Shown piece by piece: positions 1 through 10,668 of a stretch of DNA of 64,000 nt (the stretch's first letter is position 1; each line of letters begins with the position of its first letter). The stretch comes from Gammaproteobacteria bacterium (GTDB taxonomy: Bacteria > Pseudomonadota > Gammaproteobacteria > JAADHS01): assembly GCA_013151745.1 (NCBI GenBank), contig JAADHS010000202.1, forward strand, positions 818 to 64,817. Reading direction: 5' to 3'. The notes under the pieces are model-generated. The model was not told the origin of the DNA and did not search any database. It saw only the letters and a program-made list of their open reading frames with translations. The position numbers were made by a program, and so were the translations under genes.

Positions 1-3000
1 TGCCGTTGCTTTTCCAATGATCAATGGCTGGGTTCATCTCCAGTACATCGCAGCGGCCTATCATGTCATCGATAGAACGAAACCCAAGCTGAGCCATAAT
101 CGAACGAGCTTCTTCGGCGACCAAAAAGAGGTAGTTGACCAGATGCTCCGGTTTGCCGGTAAACTTTTTGCGTAGCTCCGGATCTTGGGTTGCGATCCCG
201 ACAGGGCAGGTGTTCTGATGGCATTTTCGCATCATGATACATCCCAGGGTAATCAACGGTGCGGTGGCGAAACCAAATTCTTCGGCACCGAGTAATGCAC
301 CAATAATGACATCACGACCTGTTTTAAGTTGTCCATCCGTTTGAATGACCACTCGTGAGCGTAGATTGTTGAGTACCAGGGTTTGATGAGTCTCGGCCAG
401 CCCCAGTTCCCACGGTAGCCCAGCATGTTTGATTGAGGTCAGCGGTGAAGCACCGGTCCCCCCGTCATGACCGGAAATCAGAATGTGATCCGCTATGGCT
501 TTGGCGACCCCGGTAGCAATGGTGCCAACGCCGACCTCGGCAACCAGTTTGACGCTAATGCGGGCGCTGGGGTTGCTGTTTTTAAGGTCGTGAATCAACT
601 GCGCCATATCTTCAATCGAATAAATATCGTGATGAGGAGGAGGGCTGATCAGACCCACACCCGGTGTTGAATGGCGCGTTGCGGCAATCGTTTCATCAAC
701 TTTGGAGCCGGGCAGCTCGCCCCCTTCCCCAGGTTTTGCCCCTTGAGATATTTTGATCTGAATTTCATCGGCATTAGCCAGGTAATTAATGGTGACACCA
801 AAGCGACCGGAGGCGACTTGCTTGATGGCTGAACGTTTGCTGTCACCGTTACGTAACGGTATCCAGCGACGTGGGTCCTCACCGCCTTCACCAGTATTTG
901 ATTTGCCGCCGATACGATTCATTGCTATTGCCATCGTCTCATGGGATTCAGCAGAAATGGAACCATAACTGATTGCACCGGTGACAAAACGTTTAACAAT
1001 GTCACTGGCTGGCTCAACTTCATCAATCGGAATGGAACCACTGTTAACTCCGGTTTTAAAACTCATCAATCCTCGTAAGGTGCAACGACGGGTGGCTTCT
1101 TCATTCGTATGCTTGGCAAAACGCTCATATGCCTCTTTGCTGTTGGTGCGTGCGGCCAATTGCAAATCGGCAATGCTGGAAGGATCCCACATGTGTCGCT
1201 CACCTTCTGCACGCCAGTGATATTGGCCTGTATTTTCTAACTGATCGATTTTGCCAGTACGACGTAGTGGGTAACCTACCTCGTGACGACGCAATGCTTC
1301 TGTCGCCAGGACGGTAAAACCGACACCGCTGATGCGGCTGGCGGTACCGGTGAAACAGGTTTCCATCACCTCGTCAGCCAAACCGATGGCCTCAAAAATT
1401 TGTGCACCCTTATATGATTGCAATGTCGAAATGCCCATTTTAGCCATCACCTTGAGCATCCCCTTGGCCACCCCTTTTTGGTAGGCGGCAACAATCTTAT
1501 CATCACTGTTGTAAAATTCGCCTGGCAGTAGACCGTCGCGTTGTGCTTGCCATAACGCTTCAAAAGCAAGATAAGGGTTAATGGCATCTACCCCGAAGCC
1601 AAGCAGTAAGCAGTGATGATGGACTTCCGATGCTTCACCACTCTCAAGGACAAGACCCACACGAGTACGTTCATGGCGTTTCACCAAATATTGGTGAACT
1701 GCGCCGCAGGCGAGCAGACTGCTCACCGGAACTCGATCGGCTGCAATCGCGCGATCACTCAGGACAATCAGGCTATAGCCATCAGCAACGGCTTGAGCTG
1801 AGGCCGCACAAATACGTTCCAGGGCGGTGAGCAATCCGGTTTGACCTGCAGATTTTTCATAGGTAATGTCAATGGTTTGTGTTCGCCAGCCGCGATGATT
1901 AATGTGGTGTAATGCGGCCAGTTCCTCGTTGCGTAAAATCGGGTGAGGAATACTCAAGCGATGACAATGTTTATCCGTTGTTTCCAGCAGATTCGCTTCA
2001 GGGCCGATAAAACACTGTAGCGACATCACCACCTCTTCTCGGATCGAGTCAATCGCCGGGTTGGTGACTTGGGCAAAAAGCTGTTTAAAATAATCATAAA
2101 GTTGTCGTGGCTTGTCCGAAAGACAAGCCAGAGCGGCATCGTTACCCATTGAACCGACGGGATCGCGCAGTTCTTTGACCAAGGGTAACAGCATAAATTG
2201 CATCGATTCGGTGGTGTAACCAAAGGCGCGCATACGTTCGATCAGCGTTTTTTGATAGAATCCATGAGGTTCTTCAGCCGTTTTTAATTGGTGGAGATGG
2301 ATGCTTTGCTCATTAAGCCACTGTTGATATGGGCGCTGCGTGGCAAAATCATGTTTAAGCTCTTCGTCAGAGATCAGACGACCTTTTTTGAAGTCGATGA
2401 GAAACATGCGGCCAGGTTGCAGGCGTCCCTTCAATTTGATGTTTTCAGGGTCGATGGATAATACGCCGACCTCGGAGGCCATAATGACCCGATCATCATG
2501 GGTCAGATAAAAACGGCTTGGGCGCAGGCCATTTCTATCCAGCATGGCACCTACATAGTGGCCATCAGTAAAGGCGATGGAGGCCGGGCCATCCCATGGT
2601 TCCATCAGCGCTGAATGATAGTGGTAAAACGCCCGTTTTTCTGCAGACATGTTTTCATCTGCTTGCCATGCTTCAGGTACCATCATCATTATGGCTTCTT
2701 GTAGAGTACGGCCATTCATCATTAAAAATTCCAGTACGTTGTCAAAACTGCCAGAATCAGAGCAGTCGGGTTCAAGTACCGGAAATATATCCTTGAGCTG
2801 TTCACCAAAAAATGTGCTTTTAACCACACCTTCACGAGCGGTCATCGCATTCCAGTTGCCTTGGCGGGTATTGATTTCACCGTTATGGCTCATAAAGCGG
2901 CATGGTTGAGCTCGATCCCATGAAGGAAAGGTATTGGTGCTAAAGCGAGAGTGCACCATCGCCAGATGGGCTTTGTATTCAGGGTTGCGCAGATCTTTAT

Positions 3001-3684
3001 AATAGGGGAGCAGTTGGGCCGTTGTCAGCATACCCTTATAGACAATTGTTTTGGGTGAGAGGCTGCAAAAATAGAACATGCTACGCTGGCTCAGGTCTTC
3101 GTTGTTGCGGATTTGATGGGTACTTCGCTTGCGCAGTAAATAAACCTGGCGCTCAAATTCGGCTTTGTCTTGGCCTGATCTGGCGCTGATGAAAAGCTGT
3201 TCGATGCAGGGCTCAGCGGCTTTGGCGGTGGGTCCGATGCCCGCCGCATGACTGTCTACGGGCACGGTGCGCCAACCCAGCAAGTTGAGATCGTAGTGCG
3301 TTATCAGCGCTTCTACTGTTGCTCGGCAACGAACGCGTTCCGCTTCGATTACGGGCAAAAAAACATTGCCTGCTACGTAAAGCCCTTTTTCAGGTAGCTC
3401 TACCCCCAAGTCGGAGCGAGCGACTTTGCGCATAAATTCATCAGGTAGTGTGGTTAACATTCCAGCCCCGTCGCCACTCGTTTCTTCACAACCCCGACCA
3501 CCACGATGTTCCATTTGACAAAGAATATGACCTGCATCAACGATCATTTGATGGCTGGGCTTGCCCTTGAGGTGCGCAACAAACCCCACACCGCACGCAT
3601 CTTTTTCAAAAACGGGATCATAGAGCCCCTGTTTTAACGGTAGCGTCGTCATAGCCTGCTGTGAGTCTTGCGTTATCTTTTTCA
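1..3684 (-). CDS. gltB: glutamate synthase large subunit (partial; C-terminal ~280 aa lie beyond the window start)
   Basis: The minus-strand translation from the ATG at 3684 reads [63 protein letters not shown]..., which carries the GltB amidotransferase Cys (DACGVGF). The frame stays open to position 1. The window-edge residues align with the GltB FMN/Fe-S region (...[21 protein letters not shown]...). The ORF track omits it because it has no stop inside the window. Confidence 0.9.
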
Positions 3685-4002
3685 TAAACCGTAGCTTTTA
3701 CAATTAATTTATCCAGCCCCATTCAAGAGCAATCACCTCAAAAATACGAGGAAAAGGGCTAGGAATTATACTCGCGCCAGCGTTGACTTTCTAGTCCCTA
3801 CATTTGTGACAAAGAAAAATAGGTGCTTTACTCGTATAGAGAAGAAGGGTTTTTTTTAAGGTATTGTTATTGCTAAGGTTTTTGATTGGAGAAGAGGGGC
3901 TCCAATAAATGCCAAATTTCTGGCTTAGAGTTCAATTTTTAAAACGGGTATTGATTGGCATACTATTTTTCAAATCAAGCCATTGATATATTAAATAATT
4001 TC

Positions 4003-4455
4003 TTATGATTTTGACTTGCAATACGTCATAATTTCATCATTAGCACGCTGTTTTTTGTCCGAAAACTCGTCTGGAGTAAGATAGCGGCGCCCCTCTTTTC
4101 CTCTAATATAGACGCGCGAATTTTCCGTAAATATCTTTAATTTATTTCGTGCATCTTTACATTTTAGAGCCAGCGCTTTTTTTAACTGGCTTTCTTTTTC
4201 TTTTTTTACAGCATTTTTTTGTCTTTCGTCCTGGCGCGCATTTAAGTATTTTTTTTGCTGTTGTAAGTGTTTTAAATACGCCGGGTCTGCATCTTTGAAA
4301 ATGGGTATTTTTATTTGTTCAACAAATTTAGTTTGGTTGGGGTTGTCCCCAAACTGTACATTTCCATTTTCATCCGTCCAGCGGTACACTTCCGCAGCGG
4401 ATGCACCCGTGAAGACTAGACTACTTAGAATATAAAAAATAATATTGATGCGCAT
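4003..4455 (-). CDS. DUF4124-family secreted protein (signal peptide, Lys-rich C-terminus)
   Basis: 150-aa ORF with an N-terminal signal peptide (MRINIIFYILSSLVFTGASAAEVYRWTDENGNVQFGDNP), the motif typical of DUF4124, followed by a K/E-rich tail. Confidence 0.6.
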   Translation of the reverse strand: MRINIIFYILSSLVFTGASAAEVYRWTDENGNVQFGDNPNQTKFVEQIKIPIFKDADPAYLKHLQQQKKYLNARQDERQKNAVKKEKESQLKKALALKCKDARNKLKIFTENSRVYIRGKEGRRYLTPDEFSDKKQRANDEIMTYCKSKS

Positions 4456-4558
4456 AAGCTTGTTGGAGTTTTCTATAGTTTTGATTAGTTAACAACTCTT
4501 TATCGGTCAGTGAAGCTTAACCGTTACCCTGCTGGGTCTATTCCGAGTAAAACTTTAT

Positions 4559-4722
4559 ATATACCCGTAGCGATTAAGATTTAGGTGTGATTGCACGCCC
4601 TATTCATTCCATGGCGGCGTTGAAATTCCTCGCAATAGCCCGCTACACCTCGTCATTTCGCCTTGCCAGGAAATGAATAGGACGCACACTCAACACTTAA
4701 ATCTCAAACGCTACGGGTATAG
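4559..4722. repeat. Large imperfect palindromic element (~48-bp inverted arms around a ~63-bp centre), possibly TA-flanked; MITE-like or structured RNA
   Basis: The left arm atacccgtagcgattaagatttaggtgtgattgcacgccctattcatt (4561-4608) is the reverse complement of the right arm aatgaataggacgcacactcaacacttaaatctcaaacgctacgggtat (4672-4720), with a few mismatches. Flanks are tataTA|tacccg...cgggta|TAgag. Confidence 0.5.
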
Positions 4723-4844
4723 AGCCCTATTTTATTCGGTTTTTTCATGAAGCGGGAATTGTTGTCATAACTTCATATTTTAGAAAAGCTGGCCATTTAG
4801 CTTCTTCACATTGCATGCTATACTGCGCGACCCAACAAATACAA

Positions 4845-4921
4845 GGCTATGTAGCTCAGCTGGTTAGAGCACATCACTCATAATGATGGGGTCGCAGGTT
4901 CGAATCCCGCCATAGCCACCA
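4845..4921 (+). tRNA. tRNA-Met (elongator, anticodon CAU) with encoded CCA
   Basis: ggctatgtagctcagctggttagagcacatcactCATaatgatggggtcgcaggttcgaatcccgccatagccacca. It has a cloverleaf, the T-loop GGTTCGAATCC, and is near-identical to enterobacterial tRNA-Met(CAU) elongator. Confidence 0.9.
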
Positions 4922-5556
4922 TAAAATCAATATAAGTTACTTTTTTTGTCGAAATAATTCGGCTCACCCACCCTTGCCTTCAAACACAAAGTAGAGTCAT
5001 GATATGTCCATTATTTAATGAAGGCGTTCACGGTAAGAACTAAAGATATAACCAGACTAGGATAATGGCCGAAAAGGAGTCAAGGGTGTGTGTCAAATAT
5101 AGACATTAGATGAACTTTTGGCGCATGAGGATGAAAGAGACCTCTCAAATAGAGATTGAGAAGTCCATTTTAGAGCAGGGTATCGATTTATTCGACTTGT
5201 AGATTACAAATCTATGATTTCTATATACCAAAAAAAAGTGGTAATGCAACAAAAAGTACTAAAACAAGCCCAATTATAAGTGCTGGACCGACCATAATAA
5301 ACCCTCCTCAAAGTCAATAATGAACAAGAAGAAGTGACTATACCCTGCTAAATACGACATTACAATAGCCTTCATGTAACGACAGCAGCTCCCGTGAACC
5401 TGCGAAATGAGGTAGAACTTTTCCATTGCCATAGGTTTTTTGGGGTCAAGGTACTTCGAAACACCATCCAGCTTCTTGGTTTTATTCAGGCTTGGTGGGA
5501 CAGGGTAATATGATTATTTTCTCAATATTGACCTCGCAACCCCTTAATCATGAACC

Positions 5557-6021
5557 TCACTCTCCCTGCACTTCAATGCGACGACAAAAACCATCTCTCA
5601 AAACAGGTAAACTAATCGTTAATACACCATGCAAATAATTCGCTGCGGCTTGAGATTCATCAACGGGCTTAAGCAAAGGAACAGATCGCTCAAATTCGCC
5701 ATAGGCGCGCTCAGAAAACATGCACGTTCCCGTCTCTTCCCCGGTCAAGGGCTTTTTCGAACCGGAAATGACCAAATTATTGCCAAAAACCGTAATATCG
5801 AAATCGCTTACGTCCATTCCCGGCACTTCCATATGTAGCACCAGCAGTTCATCTGACTCATAAAGATCCACCGGCAAATAAGACCAATGTTCGGTATCTC
5901 GTTGCAATGGGTCATTAAAACGAACAACAGCGTGACTTGCTCTTGCCTGTAAATGACGCCAGCCTTCCGTTAATTCTTCTAATGCGGGGTTCAGCGAAGT
6001 CTTTACTTCAATTTTAGTCAC
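5557..6021 (-). CDS. Hsp20/alpha-crystallin family small heat-shock protein
   Basis: 154-aa ORF with a GTG start preceded by AGAGGAG. The alpha-crystallin domain signature reads ...LVLHMEVPGMDVSDFDITVFGNNLVISG...GVLTISLP. Confidence 0.8.
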   Translation of the reverse strand: MTKIEVKTSLNPALEELTEGWRHLQARASHAVVRFNDPLQRDTEHWSYLPVDLYESDELLVLHMEVPGMDVSDFDITVFGNNLVISGSKKPLTGEETGTCMFSERAYGEFERSVPLLKPVDESQAAANYLHGVLTISLPVLRDGFCRRIEVQGE

Positions 6022-6203
6022 TAAATAATTCTCCTCTAAAAATGATTACTCTATAATTTTCTATTATCGCATGTTTGCTCATAGGTTCAATTACCTACAT
6101 CCAAGCCGTAACAAACAGAGGCATAAAGTACCCTGTTTCATCTAATATGCAAGGGTATTAAACAAGTTGACAACCCTGTATATTGGGCTAATATTCAACG
6201 CAA

Positions 6204-6219
6204 GCACAACATGTTGTGC
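6204..6219. promoter_or_regulatory. Candidate NrdR box (perfect 16-bp palindrome) upstream of nrdJ
   Basis: gcacaacatgttgtgc is a perfect palindrome matching 12/16 positions of the published NrdR-box consensus acaCwAtATaTwGtgt. It lies ~80 bp upstream of the nrdJa start. Confidence 0.4.
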
Positions 6220-6297
6220 TTTTGCTAAATTGTCGGCACAAGCCGGATCTGTCTTTTGTGCTCTATGTACAACGCCAACACAGAGGATGTGTACTCT

Positions 6298-8445
6298 ATG
6301 AAAATTGCGCCTTTGCATTCTATCTCTGTCAACAAAAAAACTATACCGATGCAAGATGCCTCGATGGATATATGGGATAAGAAATATCGCCTGAGAGAGA
6401 AAAATGGGGTCGCGGTTGACCAAAATATAGATGAAACCTATGCGCGCGTTGCCCGTGCATTGGCTGATGTAGAAACAACCCCAGAAAAAAAAGAACGCTG
6501 GTTTGAGCAATTTCTCTGGGCTTTGCGCCATGGTGCTATTCCTGCGGGGCGCATTATCTCTAATGCCGGCGCACAACAATACAAACCTGCCACCTCAACG
6601 ATTAATTGCACCGTCTCTGGCATTGTTGAAGACTCCATGGACAATATCCTCCATAAAGTGCATGAAGCGGGTCTAACTTTAAAAGCAGGCTGTGGTATTG
6701 GCTACGAATTTTCGACCTTACGCCCTAAAGGTGCTTACGTCTCTGGCGCGGGTGCCTATACCTCGGGGCCGCTGTCATTCATGGATATTTACGATAAAAT
6801 GTGCTTCACCGTCTCCTCTGCGGGTGGTCGGCGTGGCGCCCAAATGGCCACGTTTGACATTGGTCACCCTGATACGGTCGACTTCATTCGTGCCAAACGT
6901 GAAGATGGCCGCTTACGTCAATTCAACTTATCGCTACTCATTACTCAGGACTTCATGGAAGCAGTGAAACAAGATGAAGATTGGCCACTCTCTTTTCCTG
7001 TTACTGAAGACGAAAGCAAAGACCTTGACTTGCAAGATAAGACACAGGTTATTTGGCGCGAATGGCCCATCACCGCAGGCTATGTCAGCAATAATGAAGG
7101 CCTGGTCGCCTGTAAGGTCTATAAAAGCATTCGTGCACGCCGTTTGTGGGATACCATTATGTCATCCACTTATGACTATGCTGAACCCGGCTTTATTCTC
7201 ATCGATAAAGTCAACGAAATGAACAATAATTGGTTTTGCGAAAACATTCGTGCTACGAATCCTTGTGGCGAACAACCTTTGCCAGCCTACGGTTCCTGCT
7301 TGCTGGGTTCCATCAATTTAACCCGGTTTGTCCGTGATCCCTTCACCGCCAATGCCCGCTTTGACTGGGACGAATACCGTAAAACCGTCAGTATTTTCAC
7401 CCGAATGTTAGACAACGTGGTAGAAATTAACGGTCTGCCCCTGATGGAACAACGTCACGAAATCATGAGCAAACGTCGTCACGGGATGGGTTACCTTGGC
7501 TTGGGATCAACCCTGACCATGTTAAAGATGCAGTATGGTTCAGCCGCGTCGCTCACTTTCACTGAAGAAGTCACTAAAGAAATGGCTCTTGTTGGTTGGC
7601 GCGTTGGCCTGGAGTTGGCCAAAGAAAAAGGTGCTGCGCCTATCCTTGAAGAAATGTTCACAGTGACAGCCGCAATGCTACGCAAACGCCCGGAAATAGC
7701 AAAAGATGGTGTTAAAACAGGTGACACACTCTCCGGCAAAGTGCTCTTTAGTAAATACAGTCGCTATATGCAACAAATAGCTGCAGAAGACCCCATGCTC
7801 ATCGAGGGCCTGGCTCGGTATGGTTCACGTTTTACGCACCACAGCAGTATTGCGCCGACAGGTACCATTTCGCTGTCGCTATCGAACAATGCAAGCAATG
7901 GCATTGAGCCCAGTTTTGCTCATCACTATTCTCGAAATATTATTCGTGAAGGTAAAAAAACGAAAGAAAAAGTAGAAGTATTTTCTTATGAGTTGCTGGC
8001 CTATCGTGAATACATCAATCCCAAAGCGATGCCCTTTTCTGAAAAAGAAGATGAAAAACTTCCTGAATATTTCATTTCAGCTGATGATATTACGCCTAAA
8101 GCACATGTTGATGTCCAGGCTGCCGCTCAAATATGGATAGACTCTTCTATCTCAAAAACGGCAAACGTGCCCACTGATTATGCTTACAATGAATTCAAAG
8201 ACATCTACCTCTACGCCTACGACAAGGGTCTTAAGGGTTGTACTACCTTTCGCTTTAACCCGGAAGTATTTCAGGGCGTCTTGGTCAAAGAAAAAGACTT
8301 GGAAAACACAACCTATAGTTTTACCCTGGACGACGGTTCAACCGTTGAGCTAAAAGGTAATGATAACGTTGAATACGATGGTGAAATGCACACCGCAGCG
8401 AATTTGTATGATGCCTTGAAAGAAGGCTATTACGGAAAATTTTAA
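6298..8445 (+). CDS. nrdJ: Adenosylcobalamin-dependent (class II) ribonucleotide reductase, large N-terminal polypeptide of a split enzyme
   Basis: Ribonucleotide-reductase catalytic-core motifs are present: NPCGEQPL, SCLLGSINL and SSIAPTGTISLSLSNNASNGIEPSFA. The tracked ORF begins at an upstream TTG, whereas the ATG at 6298 has an AGAGGA Shine-Dalgarno. The length and the following small Cys-rich ORF match the split NrdJa/NrdJb arrangement described in Pseudomonas. Confidence 0.8.
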   Translation: MKIAPLHSISVNKKTIPMQDASMDIWDKKYRLREKNGVAVDQNIDETYARVARALADVETTPEKKERWFEQFLWALRHGAIPAGRIISNAGAQQYKPATSTINCTVSGIVEDSMDNILHKVHEAGLTLKAGCGIGYEFSTLRPKGAYVSGAGAYTSGPLSFMDIYDKMCFTVSSAGGRRGAQMATFDIGHPDTVDFIRAKREDGRLRQFNLSLLITQDFMEAVKQDEDWPLSFPVTEDESKDLDLQDKTQVIWREWPITAGYVSNNEGLVACKVYKSIRARRLWDTIMSSTYDYAEPGFILIDKVNEMNNNWFCENIRATNPCGEQPLPAYGSCLLGSINLTRFVRDPFTANARFDWDEYRKTVSIFTRMLDNVVEINGLPLMEQRHEIMSKRRHGMGYLGLGSTLTMLKMQYGSAASLTFTEEVTKEMALVGWRVGLELAKEKGAAPILEEMFTVTAAMLRKRPEIAKDGVKTGDTLSGKVLFSKYSRYMQQIAAEDPMLIEGLARYGSRFTHHSSIAPTGTISLSLSNNASNGIEPSFAHHYSRNIIREGKKTKEKVEVFSYELLAYREYINPKAMPFSEKEDEKLPEYFISADDITPKAHVDVQAAAQIWIDSSISKTANVPTDYAYNEFKDIYLYAYDKGLKGCTTFRFNPEVFQGVLVKEKDLENTTYSFTLDDGSTVELKGNDNVEYDGEMHTAANLYDALKEGYYGKF

Positions 8446-8489
8446 CCTCAAAATCAAACCAAAAAACGGATTGCACAAGGAGCACCACC

Positions 8490-9203
8490 ATGACTATAAA
8501 AATCGACAAAAAAATTGTCGGCTACAGCGTGGTTGATAAAGAAGAGCAACAAAATTTAAAACAACAAACGACCGAAGTTAAAGAAAAAAGCTCACTTTCC
8601 AATGTTGTTCAAATGCACGAAAAGGTCGCACGTCCAGAAATGTTGGTGGGGTCTACCTATAAAATAAAAACACCGTTATCGGAACACTCACTGTACGTCA
8701 CTATTAACGATATTATTCTTAACCAAGACACGGAACACGAACTGCGTCGTCCGTTTGAAATTTTCATTAACTCAAAAAACATGGATCACTTTCAATGGAT
8801 TGTTGCACTAACACGAATTATTTCTGCGGTCTTTAGAAAAGGCGGTGACGTCACTTTCTTGGTTGATGAGCTGAGATCTGTTTTTGATCCTCGTGGTGGT
8901 TATTTTAAGCGTGGCGGCAAATTCATGCCCTCGTTAGTGGCTGAAATAGGTGAAGCCATTGATACGCATTTACGTTTTATCGGTCTACTCAAAGACGACG
9001 ACCCCGATGAGCATCAGCAAAAGCTCATCGATGCCAAGCGTAAAGAATTAGCAGAAAAAAACAAACCGATCACGGTCTCAGCAGAAAATACCAGCGACTT
9101 TCCAGAAAGCGCCCAGCTTTGTATGAAATGCAGCACTAAGGCTATGATTAAAATGGATGGTTGCATGACTTGCTTAAATTGTGGTGACTCTAAGTGTGGC
9201 TAA
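8490..9203 (+). CDS. nrdJ: Class II ribonucleotide reductase C-terminal polypeptide (NrdJb-like, with a C-terminal Cys-rich zinc-ribbon tail)
   Basis: 237-aa ORF 45 bp downstream of nrdJa with an AAGGAG Shine-Dalgarno. The C-terminus reads CMKCSTKAMIKMDGCMTCLNCGDSKCG, the redox-active Cys tail typical of RNR C-termini. Confidence 0.65.
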   Translation: MTIKIDKKIVGYSVVDKEEQQNLKQQTTEVKEKSSLSNVVQMHEKVARPEMLVGSTYKIKTPLSEHSLYVTINDIILNQDTEHELRRPFEIFINSKNMDHFQWIVALTRIISAVFRKGGDVTFLVDELRSVFDPRGGYFKRGGKFMPSLVAEIGEAIDTHLRFIGLLKDDDPDEHQQKLIDAKRKELAEKNKPITVSAENTSDFPESAQLCMKCSTKAMIKMDGCMTCLNCGDSKCG

Positions 9204-9449
9204 ACATCTTAATTCGTAACTGATGTTACGCACCGGCCCCCAAAACAGTTATCATATACACTGAAAAGCGATTCGGCTAGCTTTTGAGGAATTACATACT
9301 CTTAAAGATGCCGCTGCGTAACATCAGTAACTTATGCAAGTGGCACACAAATTTGTGTTTCATTTCTAAAGTCTATTACATTATTTTCATATTACGAAAA
9401 GGAGGGGCTTTATAGAAACACACCTCCATCCAACCTTCCTCTAATTACC

Positions 9450-9830
9450 CTACTTAGATTGAGCCGGACTAATTGTTGCTTCTTCCATAATGAGCGGGTA
9501 AGAATAACCAAAACCAAATTCACGATCTAAAATAATTTTACCAGTAATAACAACTTCGTCATCGACGTTCGCCGTTTGTTGGCTGGTGATGGTTAAATCA
9601 TTCGTACCTTCAGCACCACTGCCATCTTGCAGGTGTAAAAAATTGCGCTTCATGACGCCATTGTTAACTTTTACAATTTTACCTTCGATGGTAACCCACT
9701 GTCCATTGAGCTCTGCTTTTTCAGCATGTATGGCTTCCACGGTTTTTGTTATGGCCTCATCGGCAATTGCACTTTGAGTGAGTATGGTACCAGCGAGTAC
9801 AGCAGCCAAAGCATATTGAATTCTACGCAT
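9450..9830 (-). CDS. Secreted OB-fold protein (BOF/YgiW-like)
   Basis: 126-aa ORF with a signal peptide (MRRIQYALAAVLAGTILTQSAIA). The segment WVTIEGKIVKV...FLHLQDGSGAEGTNDLTIT resembles the YgiW/BOF motif (V.L.G.I....F.L.D.TG.I.V). Confidence 0.45.
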   Translation of the reverse strand: MRRIQYALAAVLAGTILTQSAIADEAITKTVEAIHAEKAELNGQWVTIEGKIVKVNNGVMKRNFLHLQDGSGAEGTNDLTITSQQTANVDDEVVITGKIILDREFGFGYSYPLIMEEATISPAQSK

Positions 9831-9939
9831 AATAATCTCTCTTAAATAATATTGTTGTTTTCTGCATTTTCTAGGTTTTAGAATACTCTAAACTGCGTGG
9901 TTTTTCCAAAAAATACTTCGGAGACGTATACTCGAAGCG

Positions 9940-10668
9940 TTATAAATGTAATCCACACTCCGTTTTAGGGCTATTATTCCAACGTCCACCGCGGTCTTCG
10001 CCTGGTTCTGTGCAATGACTACAACCAATTGAGCTATATCCCTGAGCGACCAAAGGATGAAACGGAAGACCGTGATCTTTGATGTAGGCTTCTCGCTCTT
10101 CTTTGCTAACATCAAGTAAGGGATAAAATTTTATAATACCGCTACGTTCCTCGAAAATGTCTAAGGATGCGCGATGGCTTGATTGCCAACGCATAAGTCC
10201 CGACACCCAAATATCATAGTCTTTTTTTATTTCATAAAGCGGCTCTACTTTATTCACTGAGCAGCAAAAATCAGGGTCAGATTGCCAGGTTTTATCTTTG
10301 CTGGTGAAGTCATGTTTCCAGGTTTCGGCACGGATATCAACCACCTTTAATTGATATAAATCGGTCAGCTTTTGTTTATATTCCAGTGTTTGTGGAAAGT
10401 GGTAGCCCGTATCAATAAAAAAAACTTTTTGCTCAGGTGCTAGGCGCGAAAAGATATGCAATAACAGGGCGGAGGTCGCAGCAAAGGAAGAGGTGAGCAT
10501 AACTTGTTCTGGGCTAAAATCCCGATAAAGTTGTGTCAACCGCTCCTCTATAGTCAAAGCATTATACTTAGCATTAAGCTCTAAGATTGAGGCGGCATCC
10601 AGTCCTGCGCTATTGGATACCGTTGAAATATTGTCAGTTGAATTTTTGGAATGGGATGGTGCTTGCAT
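9940..10668 (-). CDS. cysH: Adenylyl-sulfate (APS) / PAPS reductase, CysH family with the Fe-S type C-terminus
   Basis: PAPS-reductase fold (KVFFIDTGYHFPQTLEY), a CC pair (DPDFCCSVNK) and a C-terminal CxxC plus ECGLH(L) motif (IGCSHCTEPGEDRGGRWNNSPKTECGLHL), which is diagnostic of 4Fe-4S APS reductases. Confidence 0.8.
   Translation of the reverse strand: MQAPSHSKNSTDNISTVSNSAGLDAASILELNAKYNALTIEERLTQLYRDFSPEQVMLTSSFAATSALLLHIFSRLAPEQKVFFIDTGYHFPQTLEYKQKLTDLYQLKVVDIRAETWKHDFTSKDKTWQSDPDFCCSVNKVEPLYEIKKDYDIWVSGLMRWQSSHRASLDIFEERSGIIKFYPLLDVSKEEREAYIKDHGLPFHPLVAQGYSSIGCSHCTEPGEDRGGRWNNSPKTECGLHL

Noticed and set aside
467-2909. Eight short ORFs (61-86 aa) listed in the track on both strands in the first 3 kb
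   Set aside because: All lie inside, or antisense to, the long open gltB reading frame on the minus strand. gltB is missing from the track only because it has no stop inside the window.
4922-5556. Integrase or genomic-island remnant at the tRNA-Met 3' flank
   Set aside because: There is no integrase-like ORF, no direct repeat of the tRNA 3' end and no long foreign-looking tract. Only the small hydrophobic ORF reported in the findings is present.
6142-6579. 145-aa minus-strand ORF overlapping the nrdJ 5' end and the candidate NrdR box
   Set aside because: It overlaps the promoter/operator and the first 95 codons of nrdJa, and has no homology signal.
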